Source: Eledone cirrhosa | Lineage: Eukaryota | Direction: 5' to 3' | DNA: 64,000 nucleotides | NCBI GenBank assembly: GCA_964016885.1 | Contig: OZ024741.1 | Coordinates: forward strand, 41,726,001-41,790,000 | Position numbers and translations under genes: made by a program | Shown here: positions 1-12,659 of the stretch, one piece after another | Numbering within the stretch: the first letter of the stretch is position 1 | Layout: each line of letters starts with the position of its first letter | Notes under the pieces: generated by a model | Database searches by the model: none | Seen by the model: only the letters and a program-made list of their open reading frames with translations | What the model was told of the DNA's origin: nothing

Positions 1-1010
1 CACGATCACTACAACAACCACCAACACCACCATCACTACCACCACCACTACAACAACCACCAACACCACCATCACTACCACCACCATCACTACCACCACC
101 ACTACAATAACCACCAACGCCACCACCACTACCACCACCACTACAACAACCACCAACACCACCATCACTACCACCACCACTACAACAACCATCACCAACA
201 CCACCACCACCACTACAATAACCACCAACACCACCATCACTACCACCACCACTACAACAACCACCAACACCACCATCACTACCACCACCACTACAATAAC
301 CACCAACACCACCACTACAACAACCACCAACACCACCATCACTACCACCACCACTACAATAAGCACCAACACCACCACTACAACAACCACCAACACCACC
401 ATCACTACCACCACCACTACTATAACCACCAACACCACCATCACTACCACCACCACTACAATAACTACCAACACCACCTTCACTACCACCACCACTACAA
501 CAACCACCAACACCACCATCAATACCACCACCACTACAACAACCACCACCAACACCACCACCACCACTACAATAACCACCAACACCACCATCACTACCAC
601 CACCACTACAATAACCACCACCACCACCACCACTACCACCACCACTACAATAACCACCAACACCACCATAACTACCACCACCACTACAATAACCACCAAC
701 ACCACCACCACTACCACCACCACTACAACAGCCACCAACACCACCATAACTACCACCACCACTACAATAACCACCAACACCACCACCACTACCACCACCA
801 CTAGAACAACCACCAACACCACCATAACTACCACCACCACTACAATAACCACCAACACCACCACCACCACTACAACAACCACCAACACCACCATAACTAC
901 CACCACCACTACAATAACCACCACTACCACCACCACTACAACAATCACCAACACCACCATAACTACCACCACCACTACAATAACCACCATCACCAAGAAA
1001 AACAACACCA
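1..1010. repeat. Low-complexity (ACC/ACT/ACA/AAC)n satellite with ~33-39 bp higher-order unit
   Basis: Recurring unit ccaccactacaa(c/t)aaccaccaacaccaccatcacta; almost G-free on the + strand. Confidence 0.9.
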
Positions 1011-1089
1011 CCCTCAACAATCACCAAACTAATACATCAACAACACCACTACAATAACCACCACCACTACAACCGATACCACCACTAAA

Positions 1090-1680
1090 CTAATACATCA
1101 ACAACACCACTATCACTGTCAACACCACTATCACCACCACCACTACAACTACCACCGTCAACACCACTATCACCACCACCACTACAACTACCACCGTCAA
1201 CACCACTTTCACCACCACAACTACCACTGTCAACACCACTATCACCACCACTACAACTACCACCGTCAACACCACTTTCATTGTCAATACCACTATCACC
1301 ACCACCACTACAACTACCACCGTCAACACCACTTTCACCACCACCACTACAACTACCACTGTCAACACCACTATCACCACCACTACAACTACCACCACTA
1401 CAACTACCACCGTCAACACCACTATCACCACCACTACAACTACCACCGTCAACACCACTATCACTGTCAATACCACTATCACCGTCAACACCACTATCAC
1501 CACCACCACTACAACTACCACCGTCAACACCACTTTCACTGTCAATACCACTATCACCACCACCACTACAACTACCACCGTCAACACCACTATCACCACC
1601 ACCACTACAACTACCACCGTCAACACCACTTTCACTGTCAATACCACTATCACCACCACCACTACAACTACCACCAATAC
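1090..1680. repeat. Second trinucleotide-derived minisatellite (~39 bp unit)
   Basis: Unit caacaccactatcaccaccaccactacaactaccaccgt repeated with variants; explains the poly-Val and Pro-rich pseudo-ORFs. Confidence 0.9.
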
Positions 1681-1879
1681 CATTATTAAACTAATATATC
1701 AATACATCAACAACGCCAGCGTCACCATCATCATCGTCATCATCACCAAACTAATACAAAACAAAACCTCCACAGAAAACAAAATAAATATGAAAAACAT
1801 TGTAAATAAAATAAACTGAGAGGAAATTAAAGTCAGAGAATAAATGTAGATGAAGATACAATAAATAACAAGTAGAATA

Positions 1880-2992
1880 AAGTCACAAAGATAGGGGGGG
1901 GGTCACAGAAACAGGAGGAAGTCAGAAAAGGAGGGAGGTCACAAAAAAAAGGTAACTTTTTCAGAGAAAGTGGAGAGAAAAAGTCACAAAAAAAGGGAAA
2001 TTTTTCAATGAAGGAGGAGAGAAAAAGTCACAGAAGAAGGAGGAAGTCAGAAAATGGAAAATAAATTCAAAGAAAAGAGGGAGAATTTTCACAGAAGGAG
2101 GGGAGAAAAGGTTACAAAAAAAAGGGGAGAATCACATTGCAAATGTAGGAAATAAAGTCAGAAAGAAACAGTGTCACAAAAGAAGGGGAAAGAGTCATAA
2201 TTGACAGCAGTGACAGAGCAATGGAAAAAAAGTCACACAAATTGAAAAATGATACAAAACATGAAAAAAGTCAGAATGAAAAGCGGAAAAAAGCAGAAAA
2301 AATGTGAAAAGTCAGAAAAAAGGGAAGAAGTCAGAAAAAGAGGGAAGTGTCAGTAAAAAAGGGGGGGAAGTCAGAAAAAAGGGGAAAGTCAGAAAAAAGG
2401 GGGAAGTTAGTAAAAAGAGGAGAAATCAGAAAAAAAGAGAAAAAGTAAAAAAAAGAGAAGTCAGACAAAGGGGAAAAGGGCAGTAAAAGAAGGGGGGAAA
2501 AGCAGAAAAGGGGGAAAGTCAGAAAAAAGGGGAAAAAGTCAGAAAAAAGAGGAAAAAGTCAGAAAAAAGGGGGAAAGTCAGAAAAAAGGGGAAAAGGGAG
2601 AAAAGGTCAGAAAAAGGCAGATAAAAGGGGAAAGAGTCAGACAATTGGAAAATAGGCAGAAAAAAATGAAAAAAAGAGGAAAAAAAAGAGGAAAAATAAA
2701 AAAAAAGGGAAAAGTAAAAAAAAAGGGAAAAATAAGAAAAAGGGGGAAAAAGGTCAGAAACCGGGGAAAAAGTCAGAAAAATTGGAAAAGTCAGAAAAAG
2801 GGGGAAAAGACAGAAAATGGGGGGAAAAGGCAGAAAAAGTCAGAAAACGGGGAAAAAAGTCAGAAAAATTGGAAAAGTCAGAAAAAGGGGGAAAAGACAG
2901 AAAAAAGGGGACAAGTCAGAAAAAAGGGAAAAAGTCAGAAAAAAGGGAAAAAGCCAGAAAAAAGGGAAAAAGCCAGTAAAAAGGGAAAAGAG
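1880..2992. repeat. Purine-rich degenerate satellite
   Basis: Recurring aaaagtcagaaaaaagggg motif, ~20 bp period; the Lys-rich ORFs are artefacts. Confidence 0.85.
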
Positions 2993-3215
2993 TGATGGTG
3001 GTGGTGTTAGTAGTAAGAATGGTGGTGATGATAGTGGTGGTGGCAGTGGTAGTGGTAGTGATGGTGGTAGTAGTAGTGATGGTGGTGGTGGTAGTGGTAG
3101 TGATGGTGGTGGTGGTAGGAGTGGTGGGTGGTGGTGGTGGTAGTAGGAGTGGTGGGTGGTGGTGGGAGTGGTGGTGGTGGTGGTAGTGGTGTTAGTAGTA
3201 GGAGTAGTGGTGGTA
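2993..3215. repeat. (GGT/AGT/GAT)n low-complexity tract
   Basis: Direct reading of the sequence. Confidence 0.9.
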
Positions 3216-3277
3216 GCAACTGTAGCAGTATCATCAGCAATAATTTATAGTATATGACATGACAAAAAGCATAGTCC

Positions 3278-3480
3278 ACCTTGTAAGGTGGTTGGCATTA
3301 GGAAGGACATCTAGTTGTAGAAAAACAATCCCCAAAAAGATCATATGAGCAAGATGTGACCCCCTGACTTGTCTAACCCTATATCACAACAACTTGTCTA
3401 ACCCATGCAAACACTGGAAATAGATGTTAAATAGATGTTACTGATGGTGATGTAATAGTAATTATAACAGTGATGATGGA
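3278..3480 (+). mobile_element. Degenerate RTE-type SINE/LINE 3' tail
   Basis: ggttggcattaggaaggacatctagttgtagaaa ... aacccatgcaaacactggaaatagatgttaaa matches the RTE 3' end at 9577-9736. Confidence 0.75.
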
Positions 3481-3699
3481 AATGAAGACATGGTAAAACT
3501 GGATAGGATGTCTTGTGTTGTTTGTTTTTTGTGATGGTGGTGGTCATAAAAGTGGTAGGAGGAGAAAAATCTATAGGTAATACATGAATAGATAATAGGA
3601 AAAAGAGAGAAATAAGGGAGAAAAGGTAGAAAAAAAAGTAACAGAGAAGGATTGGTGTCAATTTCCAAACTGTAAAGTAGATGAGAGATTGGAGTTTTA

Positions 3700-3945
3700 T
3701 TGTTAAGCAATTGACCCATCCCCCACCCGGGTTGGGGTGAGGGCTCTGCATAGTAATTTATTTGAGCTCTCAGCTGAGCTTTTTAGTTTGAGGATGGTTA
3801 GAATTTTTGAATTTAATAGCTGTATCTATAACTTTTCAATTCCAATTACTTGCACCAAAGCTAACTTTGGTATGTAAAAATGGGGGAAGCTGTGTATTCT
3901 AATTTGTTTGTTCCTTGGGAACCCTAAGGTCTAAATCCAACCCTG
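3700..3945 (+). mobile_element. Non-autonomous DNA transposon (hAT-like), family E
   Basis: Shares aatttatttg..ctcagctg..tttttagttt.aggatggttagaattttt with 18787-18975 and, inverted, 55817-56094; ends taaatccaaccctg. Confidence 0.6.
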
Positions 3946-4921
3946 ATTATAGTGTCAGTTCAAGGAAAGAGGTTTTATTGCTTGAAAGAGTCATTAGAGC
4001 ACAGTCCTGTCACACAGCATGTCATGGCCATTTTAACCCTGGCACAGCCCATCCCTCTGCAGGCTGGAATACACCTGATTTCTTACAGAGAAACTGATAA
4101 AGACAATGATAAAAGAAAGTGATAAAGACAAATAGTGGAAGAATCCCCATTATTTGTCTTGACAGGTACTTTATCGACCTCAAAAACATGAAAGACATAG
4201 TTGAACTCAACAGGATTTGAACTCAGAGCATAGTGAGCTAGAATAAATACTGAGGCATTTAATCTGGTGCCCTAATGATTTGGCTCGCATAATGCAAAAC
4301 AAAAAAAGAAGGATCAACCGCTTCAGGAATTCTCCAGCTTCCAAACATAATTTTACCTCAGGGAATATGGTGCTTGACAAGAAGACAATGAAAGCAAGGA
4401 GTGATGTTTCTTAATGTCTGAAATAAACAATGCATTAGAGCTAATGCCATTTCAGAAACGTTCAATGGGAAAAACATACTTAGAAATAAAGTATAGGTGT
4501 GCATCAGGAAGGACATCTAGTCATACTAAAAAAACCTTCCTGAAATCTGGCCATCTTGTCCAACAGATATATTGTCCATGTCAAAATGAGAAGAAAAGAT
4601 GTGAAAACAGTAACAGATACTGAAAGTGTAAAAAAACAACTTTCTACTCTTTTCTACAGACAGAAAATAAGTCACACTGCAAATAATATATTTTACGCTG
4701 TTTTCTTTTATATTTTCTCATTTGTTTTATCAATTCACTTTTCAAATTTGTTGCCTTTTTTTCCTTTCTTTAAATATTTCAACCTGCTACACTAAATATA
4801 TACCAGTAAACGTCAATCAGAGAATTGTTCCTATATTCAATAAATTGTCTGCTAAAAGCAGTCTTTCTCTCAAATGAAATACTTTTATTTTATTTATATA
4901 TATATATATATATATATACAT

Positions 4922-4956
<35 letters not shown>

Positions 4957-5173
4957 TTTGTGGTTGTTGTTATCATATATCTGTTTATTTTTCAATGAAA
5001 CTGAGGAAGTTCTTATAATAAAATTATAGAAAGTAGAAGCAACCTAACAAAATGAAGAAAGACACCCCAAAAATAGAAAGGAAAAGGAAAAAAGAAACGG
5101 CAAAATTTCAAAAAAAAGAAAAAAAGACGAATTATTGAAAAATAAAATATTTGAGCAGTGGCGGGGACAACAA

Positions 5174-5189
5174 TATATATATATATATA

Positions 5190-5288
<99 letters not shown>

Positions 5289-5577
5289 AACAGAGATAAA
5301 TGTAAATAGGCAATGATTATTGATTGAAGAATATGGTAGAGGAAGGGGGGAAGGAAGGATGAAAGAAGGGAGGGTGCAAGGGGAGGATATAGGAAGGAAG
5401 GGAAAGAGAAGAAAACTTGAAGAATGAGCAAAATTGGAAGAAATATAAAAGACAAACGAACAACAAAACAAACAAAAAGCAACATCCCCATGACTTCAAG
5501 GGAAGCACTTTTTATATATTTACTTTTATAAAGTATTGTGGTTGACTCCATATATATATATACACACATATATATAT

Positions 5578-5644
<67 letters not shown>

Positions 5645-6017
5645 CATATATATATATACACACACACATATATAAATATATACATACACATATATATATA
5701 CATACATACACATATATATATACACACACACATATATACATACACATATATATACACATATATATATACACACACATATATATATATACACACACACATA
5801 TATATACACACATATATATATATATACATGCGCACATATATATATACACATATATATATATACACACATATATATATACACACATATATATATACACACA
5901 TAGATATATATATATATATATACATACATATATATATATACACACATATATATATATATACACATACACACACATATATATATATATACACATACACACA
6001 TATGCGCATACACACAC
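5174..6017. repeat. Microsatellite cluster (TA)n, (TTA)n, (GTA)n and a long (TA/CA)n tract
   Basis: Direct reading; source of the Y/I/C/V-rich pseudo-ORFs. Confidence 0.95.
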
Positions 6018-6730
6018 CATTTTACTTTTCCTTCCAGATAGATTTCTTTTCCGATATTGTTCAATTGGTTTAGATGCCAGATAACAATAAAATTTTGTAT
6101 AAAAAGGTAAATTTAATAGACATTATACTTTAAGGCATAAGAGACTAGCAAGTCTATAATAAAATTTTCTTAATATTTTTATTACTAGTATTATTACTAT
6201 TATTATCACTATTATCAATATCATTATATTCTTTTTGTTTTCCACTGCCACTTTTCCTGTTTCTTTCTCCTGGTTTAGTTGCTTGGCCTTTTCCTTTCTT
6301 ATTTATTTTAGTTTAGTTTTGTTTTGTTTCCTTGCCACACTTTGTGAAACATTTCTCAAGACAAAAACTACATAAGACAAACAGTACAACTAGCTATGCA
6401 TACATTTAATTTAAAGCTAAGGATATATTGAGGGAAATATCTCATCGCTTGTAGCTCACTTTCAAATATAAAAGTTTGTTGGGTCTCCCCTCTCCCCCTG
6501 TAAAACGACTCTACAGACAATACATTAAAACAAGACTCTGGCACAATTTTTGTTATTTTCTACAATATAATATGCACATGTGTTGGTGAGTGTGCACACA
6601 TGTAAGCATCAGTCTGTATCCGCATGTATGTGTTTGTGTTCATGTTCAAACAAAAGAGGCTGTGTGTGTGTGTGTGCACATGCAAGCATCAATGTGTATC
6701 TGCATGTGTTTGTGTATATATGCAAACAAG

Positions 6731-6804
<74 letters not shown>

Positions 6805-8039
6805 ACATGCAGGCTACATAGTGTGTATGTAAGTATCCATGGCCATATGATGGATGCTCCATCGGTTTTGATAATGAGCATTCAGAAGTTGTTCAATTAA
6901 CTGAATGCTCAACTCATACAAGTGGTTGGGTATTTCATGGACACATGTAACTTTAATGTAAGTTACAAAAGCAAATCCCCAATTTCCATGCCAAGTCAGC
7001 ATGATACCACGATATGTGATGACTAGGTACAATTCATCTGGTAAGATTCCACACAAGTTTACATCTACCTAATTTCACTCATAAGGCTCCAGTTGACTCA
7101 CAGCTATGGTAAAGACACTTGCGCAAGGTTCCACACAGTGAGATCGAACCCGACACCTCATAACTGTGGGAAGCCAACCATGTTTGTATCTATATAGACA
7201 TTTTTTGCAATCATATCAATTTCACCAATTTCAAATTTAACCCATAGCTATGGTAAAAACACTTGCCTAAGAATGTCATGCAGCTGGATGAAACCTGGGT
7301 TGTCATGATTGCAAATCAAACTTTTTAACCAGTCAGCCATGTTTGAGTTCAAAAAGGTCTACATTGTCATCATATCAACATTGCCAATAAATAATTCACC
7401 ACACTACCATTAACTGGCTTTAGGGGTTTTTTTAAGGATCTTTTCTTTTTAATAAAAAAAAAAGAAAAGGAAATCAGTTTTTTTGGCCTGTAACCATTAT
7501 AGTGTCAAACTAATATAACCTTTTCAGTATCAAACAATTTAACATTCCAGCAATGTTGCTTAGGTTGTTGTCATTAGAGATTTAATAATTCACTCTATCC
7601 TAAAGTAAATTCAATTTTGTTTGAGAGACTTTCTGCTAAATTAAATCGAAAATACTTCAATGGCCATACCATACCTCCTTTTGGAGATGAAGATAGAAAA
7701 TAAAATTGAAATAAATTACATACTGACTTGTGTGCCTGTGTATATGTATGTGTGCCTGTGTGTATCTGATAGAATAACAAGTAGTCACATAGAAATGCTT
7801 CTTACTGTTAAGTGTGTATGTATATATGTGTGTGTCTGCATGAACAGTTTGACTTATCTATGCATTACCAAGCAGTTTCGTAGATGCAAACACATCTAAC
7901 TCTTTCAGATGCTAAGAATTAGATGTGTTTAAGTCAAAAAACTATTCTGTAATGCATAGAACAGTCAAATTATTAAATAAATATTCTCAACTTCTAAATT
8001 TATGTGTTCGTTGCTCTTTTCATTTGTACCCACACTTGC

Positions 8040-8200
8040 ATGTATGCCTGTAATTCGAAGTGCTAGTCTTGTCACATTCTATGTCATGCTGAATCTCCCT
8101 AAGAACTACGACAAGGGTATGTGTGTCTGTGGAATTCTCAGCCACTTGCATGTTAATTTCATGAGCAGGATGTTTCGTTGATCACATCAATTGGAACACC
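8040..8200 (+). mobile_element. 3' part of tRNA-derived SINE family D
   Basis: aagaactacgacaagggtatgtgtgtctgtggaattctcagccacttgcatgttaattt is homologous to 59968-60290, 12862-13690 and 57130-57530(-). Confidence 0.7.
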
Positions 8201-8256
8201 ACCACAAGAAAAAACAATCAAAACTTCCTCAAATCACCCACTACCTTCCTTTTCTA

Positions 8257-9348
8257 AAAATCAATGATATTGAAGAGTTTAGTGTAAAAGTTGGTGTTCA
8301 TCAGGGCTCCGTTCTTAGCTCCCTACTATTTATTATTGCCCTTCAAGCTATAACAGTGGCGTTCAAGACCAGCTGCCCATGGGAACTCCTATATGCAGAT
8401 GATCTAACGCTCATAGCTGAATCAATGGCCGAACTAGAGAAGAAATTCCAAACATGGAAGCATGGCCTAGAATCAAAAGGCCTTAAAATTAACCTGTCTA
8501 AGACTAAAGTTCTAGTTTGTAGGAAGGAAAATAGGGCACCGGTCTCATCCGGGAAATGGCCATGCTCAGTGTGTAGGAAAGGAGTAGGTAGAAACTCCAT
8601 TTTATGTCCCAAATGCAAAGTATGGGTGCATAAAAGATGTAGTGGGATCACAGGTAAGCTAACTAAGAACATAGATTTTATATGTGGCCGGTGCTCTGGT
8701 GCAATAAGTAGCAGCAAGTGCCCAGAGAATACTAGCTCATTCCATTGCACAGATGGTTCTATAGAAACAGTGGACACCTTCCGTTACTTGGGTGACAAAA
8801 TCAGCAGTGGTGGAGGGTGCTCTGAAAGTACAGTAGCTAGAGTCAGAACTGGATGGAAAAAGTTCAGAGAGCTTATACCACTATTAGCCGCTAAAGGGTT
8901 CTCTCTAAAAATGAAAGGCAGGCTGTATGATGCCTGCATACAAACAGCAATGTTACATGGCAGTGAGACCTGGGCATTGTGTGCAGAGGATAAACGCAGA
9001 CTGGAGAGGAACGAAGCTTGCATGCTCCGCTGGATGTGTAATAATAATATACGTGAACGGCAAAGCATAAATGAACTAAGGGAAAAATTAGAAATAAGAG
9101 GGATCAGATGTTGTTTACTCGAGAGAAGACTATGTTGGTATGGTCATGTGATGCGCATGAAAGATGACAGCTGTATAAAAAAGTGCAGGGCAATAAAAAT
9201 AGACGGTAGCCACGGAGTAGGCAGACCCAGAAAAACCTGGGACGACTTGATAAATTCCGACCTCACACACTTACACCTCTCCAAGACAATGTCACTGGAC
9301 CGAGATCTTTGGCGCTACACAGTAATACAGAAGACCCGCCTTACCTAA
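8257..9348 (+). pseudogene. Truncated RTE reverse transcriptase ORF (motifs 4-7, PHD insert, C-terminus)
   Basis: Open frame to TAA at 9348; the first ~22 codons of track ORF 8191 come from flanking repeat, not the LINE. Confidence 0.9.
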
Positions 9349-9736
9349 GTACAAAGTGAAACCTACTACAGTCAGTATGCACCTCTAACAAAATACACCC
9401 CCGTCCCACTACCCCCACCCCACCCCTTTCAATGTAAAGTTATGTTGGTACCACAACATCCAGTCCGAAACAAATGAGGTCGTGTAGGTGTCACAACAAA
9501 AAAAACACACAGTCCATGCTGTAATGTGGCCGTGTAGGTAACACGGTAAAAACCTCCCAGTACACACTGTAAACGTGGTTGGTGTTAGGAAGGGCATCCA
9601 ACCGTAGAAAACCCGCCAGACAGTCCTATGCAAGCGAGACAACCACTCTTGCCTCAAGTGGGAAAACTCCCGTCCAAACCCATGCAAGCGTGGAAGATGG
9701 ACGTTAAACAATGATGATGATGATGATGATGATGAT
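8257..9736 (+). mobile_element. RTE-clade LINE, 5'-truncated copy 1 (PHD finger within RT)
   Basis: RT motifs GVHQGSVLS, LYADD, GLKINLSKTK, FRYLG; C-terminal WYGHVMRM and GRPRKTW; ~390 bp 3'UTR ending in (ATG)n. Confidence 0.95.
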
Positions 9737-9879
9737 TGATTGATTCTATCTGAATAAGAATAGGGTGGTCATGACTGGAATTCTTTTGATCGTAGGTGAT
9801 CCACCAGGACTTGACCTGGGGCTAATTTATCAACAACATGTAATTATAAGTCAGCAAGAGAGCCTTTATGTGGATGTTT

Positions 9880-10138
9880 GGCCCTAGTGGTTACTTTTTG
9901 AAATCTGGTACTTATTTTATCAACCTCTGCTTTAACAAACTGCTAAGTTACAGGACAAACACAGACACACACATACACATTTATACAATGGGCTTCTGCA
10001 GTTTTCCATCAAGTATATTATACTCACAAAACATTTATCAAACTGACAAAGAATACACTTGCCCAAGGTGCCACACAGTGAACATGAGCCTAAAACCATG
10101 TGGTTGAAATGTGAACTCTTTAACCAAGCAGCCATGTG
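9880..10138 (-). mobile_element. Degenerate tRNA-derived SINE resembling octopus OK-type SINEs
   Basis: Minus-strand head catggctgcttggttaaagag..., CORE-like ggcaccttgggcaagtgt; related fragments at 7070-7345 and 25246-25296; family name from recall. Confidence 0.6.
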
Positions 10139-11561
10139 ATAAGAAAACTACACAGAGATAGTATTAGGAAGGTGGGCTGGTTAGTTAGTGGGTTGGTTAG
10201 TTAGTTGGTTGGTTGGCTGGTGGAAAATATAACTATAAATTATAGAAGATAAGACTGAATGTCAGTTGAGAAAAAGAGAAACAGCCAGTCCCCTCCTCCT
10301 CTAAATGACAGGAACAGAGACATGGTTTTGTTTGTTGGTTGTTATATTTTTACAACATTTAAGTATTTTTTCTATGACAGATCTACAGAGAAACAAAGAA
10401 TATTTCAATAACCAGATAAAAATATATAAAGTGATTAAACCATGCACTAAACTAACAAACAAAAATCACAAAAAAATAACCTGTCTTTCTTGTCAGCCAT
10501 GCTGTCACAAAAGAATGCAAAGATTTCCACAAGGAGTATTCAAAAGGTAAGGCAGAGTGGTTATTCTAAAACTGAATATATGAATTGGTCATATATCATC
10601 ATTATCATTATTTTATGTTTGTTTTTCTATACTGGCATATGTTGGGACAGGTTGATAAAGATCAAGTCAGTACTTAATCAGAGTTACTTCCCTTCTAGAT
10701 TGGTCAGAGATTCACATCACACTCAATACATTCCTTTAGGGTGTGGTTTCTATAGTTGAATACCCTTCGTAACATCAACAATTTTACCGATTGTACTGGA
10801 TACATTTAATCATGCCATCAGGAATAGAAACGTTGCCATATTGTCGGTATAACTGCAGAGCCCTCTCTACTCATTTCTAAAACTGTTTCTACAGATTGAT
10901 GCCCTTTCAAATGCCAATCTCTTTATAGAGTATATATATACATGCACACCAATGTCATATCAACAACATTTATAAAGCTTGCAGTTGCACTTAGTCATTC
11001 CCCCTATACCCTGCAGAATAGTGGTACAACAAACGTCAACATCATATATCATGCTTAGAACAAGGTATGTAATCATATGATTTACCACTGTACTTAGGTG
11101 TGCTTAAGCACAGGGCCCAGTTGGGGCAGTGGGGGCATCTTCCTGCCCCCAAATTATTTACAATGAATCTTTTATGAGTAAGGGGCCTCATAACTTAACT
11201 AGCACAGGGCTTTATTTGTCCTAGATTCGACACTGTATGTATTGATGTCAAGAAGGATATCTAGCTGTAGAAAACCTGCAAGACAGATCTCATGCAGCTG
11301 ATGCCAACATGGAAAAAGGAATATAAAAACAATGATGATGATGATGATGATGACTAACTATACAACATTAATTCTATTTCAATTCACTCAAAATTTGACC
11401 ATAAACTACATCGGTATTCATTTGCATCACTCCGTTCTTTCATCCAGTCAAAATCATCCTTCAACACAGGGCCCAGCCAGTGTTTCATCAAAAGTACCCC
11501 ATGATGAACGAAGATGAAAAATAATTAAGTGAATTGTAATTTAAAGTGCTGTGTAGATTAA

Positions 11562-11758
11562 CACTTTATCATTTAAACCTGCCATATCTGACCAGAATTC
11601 TCTCACTTCTTTCTGTTCAAACCGGCCACTCATACTGACATTAAGGTATTGTTCTCAAAATAAATAACAACATGATCAAAATCTCGTAGATTCTATATTA
11701 TGTGAGGTAATGCCTTTTCCGTGAAAATACAAGAGTAAGTAATGTAAATGCTAAAGGG
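11562..11758. mobile_element. piggyBac-type MITE (family C)
   Basis: TTAA flanks at 11558-61 and 11759-62; TIR c(a)ctttatcattta / taaatgctaaaggg. Confidence 0.85.
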
Positions 11759-12659
11759 TTAATGAGATTTTTAAAATGTCTCAATTAGCAGTAATATTAA
11801 AATATTGTAATAATCACAATTGCTATCATAACCATCATTTTCATTTTACATTGCTTTCAATGTTCACATAGGTAGAATGGATTGTAGTCTGAGACAAAAC
11901 ATAGTTAACTAATCACATCTTGCTATGGTATGACTTCTACAGCTGGATGCCCATCCTAATGCCAACTATTTTACAGAGTGTACTGGATGTAATTTATAAT
12001 GTCACCAACACTAACTCTTTACAATGTGTACCGGGTTCATTTTATCATGACACCAGTACTACCACTTTGCAGAGTGTACTGGTTGCATTTTATCATGATA
12101 CCAACACTACCACTTTACAATTACATGGTAAATAACATGTTGATATGATCCAGGCAAATGATTGCTGAAGCAGTTTATTCAATGAAATAATCCTGTGTTC
12201 TACTTACTGGATATGAGATTAACAAGACTAGACAAAACTAGACAAGACGTTTCATATAAAATTGAACAAATCAAGAAAAATTACAAAAACAATTGGGAAT
12301 TCATGGATAAAGACAAGACTGATGTAACATATATAGACATATGATTAATGAAATGATAAATAGAAGTGTCTGAGGAGAGAAAGAAACAACATAATTTCTA
12401 GCAATAAATGTTTTAAATCTTTTGACTGAAGCACTAATGATTTACCAAAGAGAATTGAAGATCATAGAGGCGAAAGTGGATGAAAAAATGAAATGGCATG
12501 GCATGATATGATTTGATGTGAATGTTGTGAATGTTGTACAAAATTACTAAAGAAAGTCAGATGTGAAAATATGAATGGTGGTGGTATAGATGATGGTGTT
12601 GAAGAGGATGATAGCAGTGAGAGTAATACTGGTGGTGGTGGTGGTATTTATGATGGTGT

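Noticed and set aside
1-1690. Mucin-like Thr-rich reading frame with N-T-T sequons
   Set aside because: The Thr frame is shifted or stopped at each aaactaatacatc junction (~1026, ~1087); no start or splice signals; consistent with trinucleotide slippage.
2304-3186. Lys/Gly-rich ORFs resembling histone H1 or protamine
   Set aside because: Open in several frames because of purine-rich low complexity; no globular domain.
5132-6084. Long Y/I/C/V/H/T ORFs (also ~25.1, 32.4, 43.0, 45.5-46.3, 49.3, 56.4 and 58.2 kb)
   Set aside because: Translations of (TA)n, (CA)n and (GA)n microsatellites.
8343-9068. Antisense ORFs recurring in RTE and CR1 copies
   Set aside because: Shadows of the sense ORF, recurring only because the copies are near-identical; no recognisable motifs.
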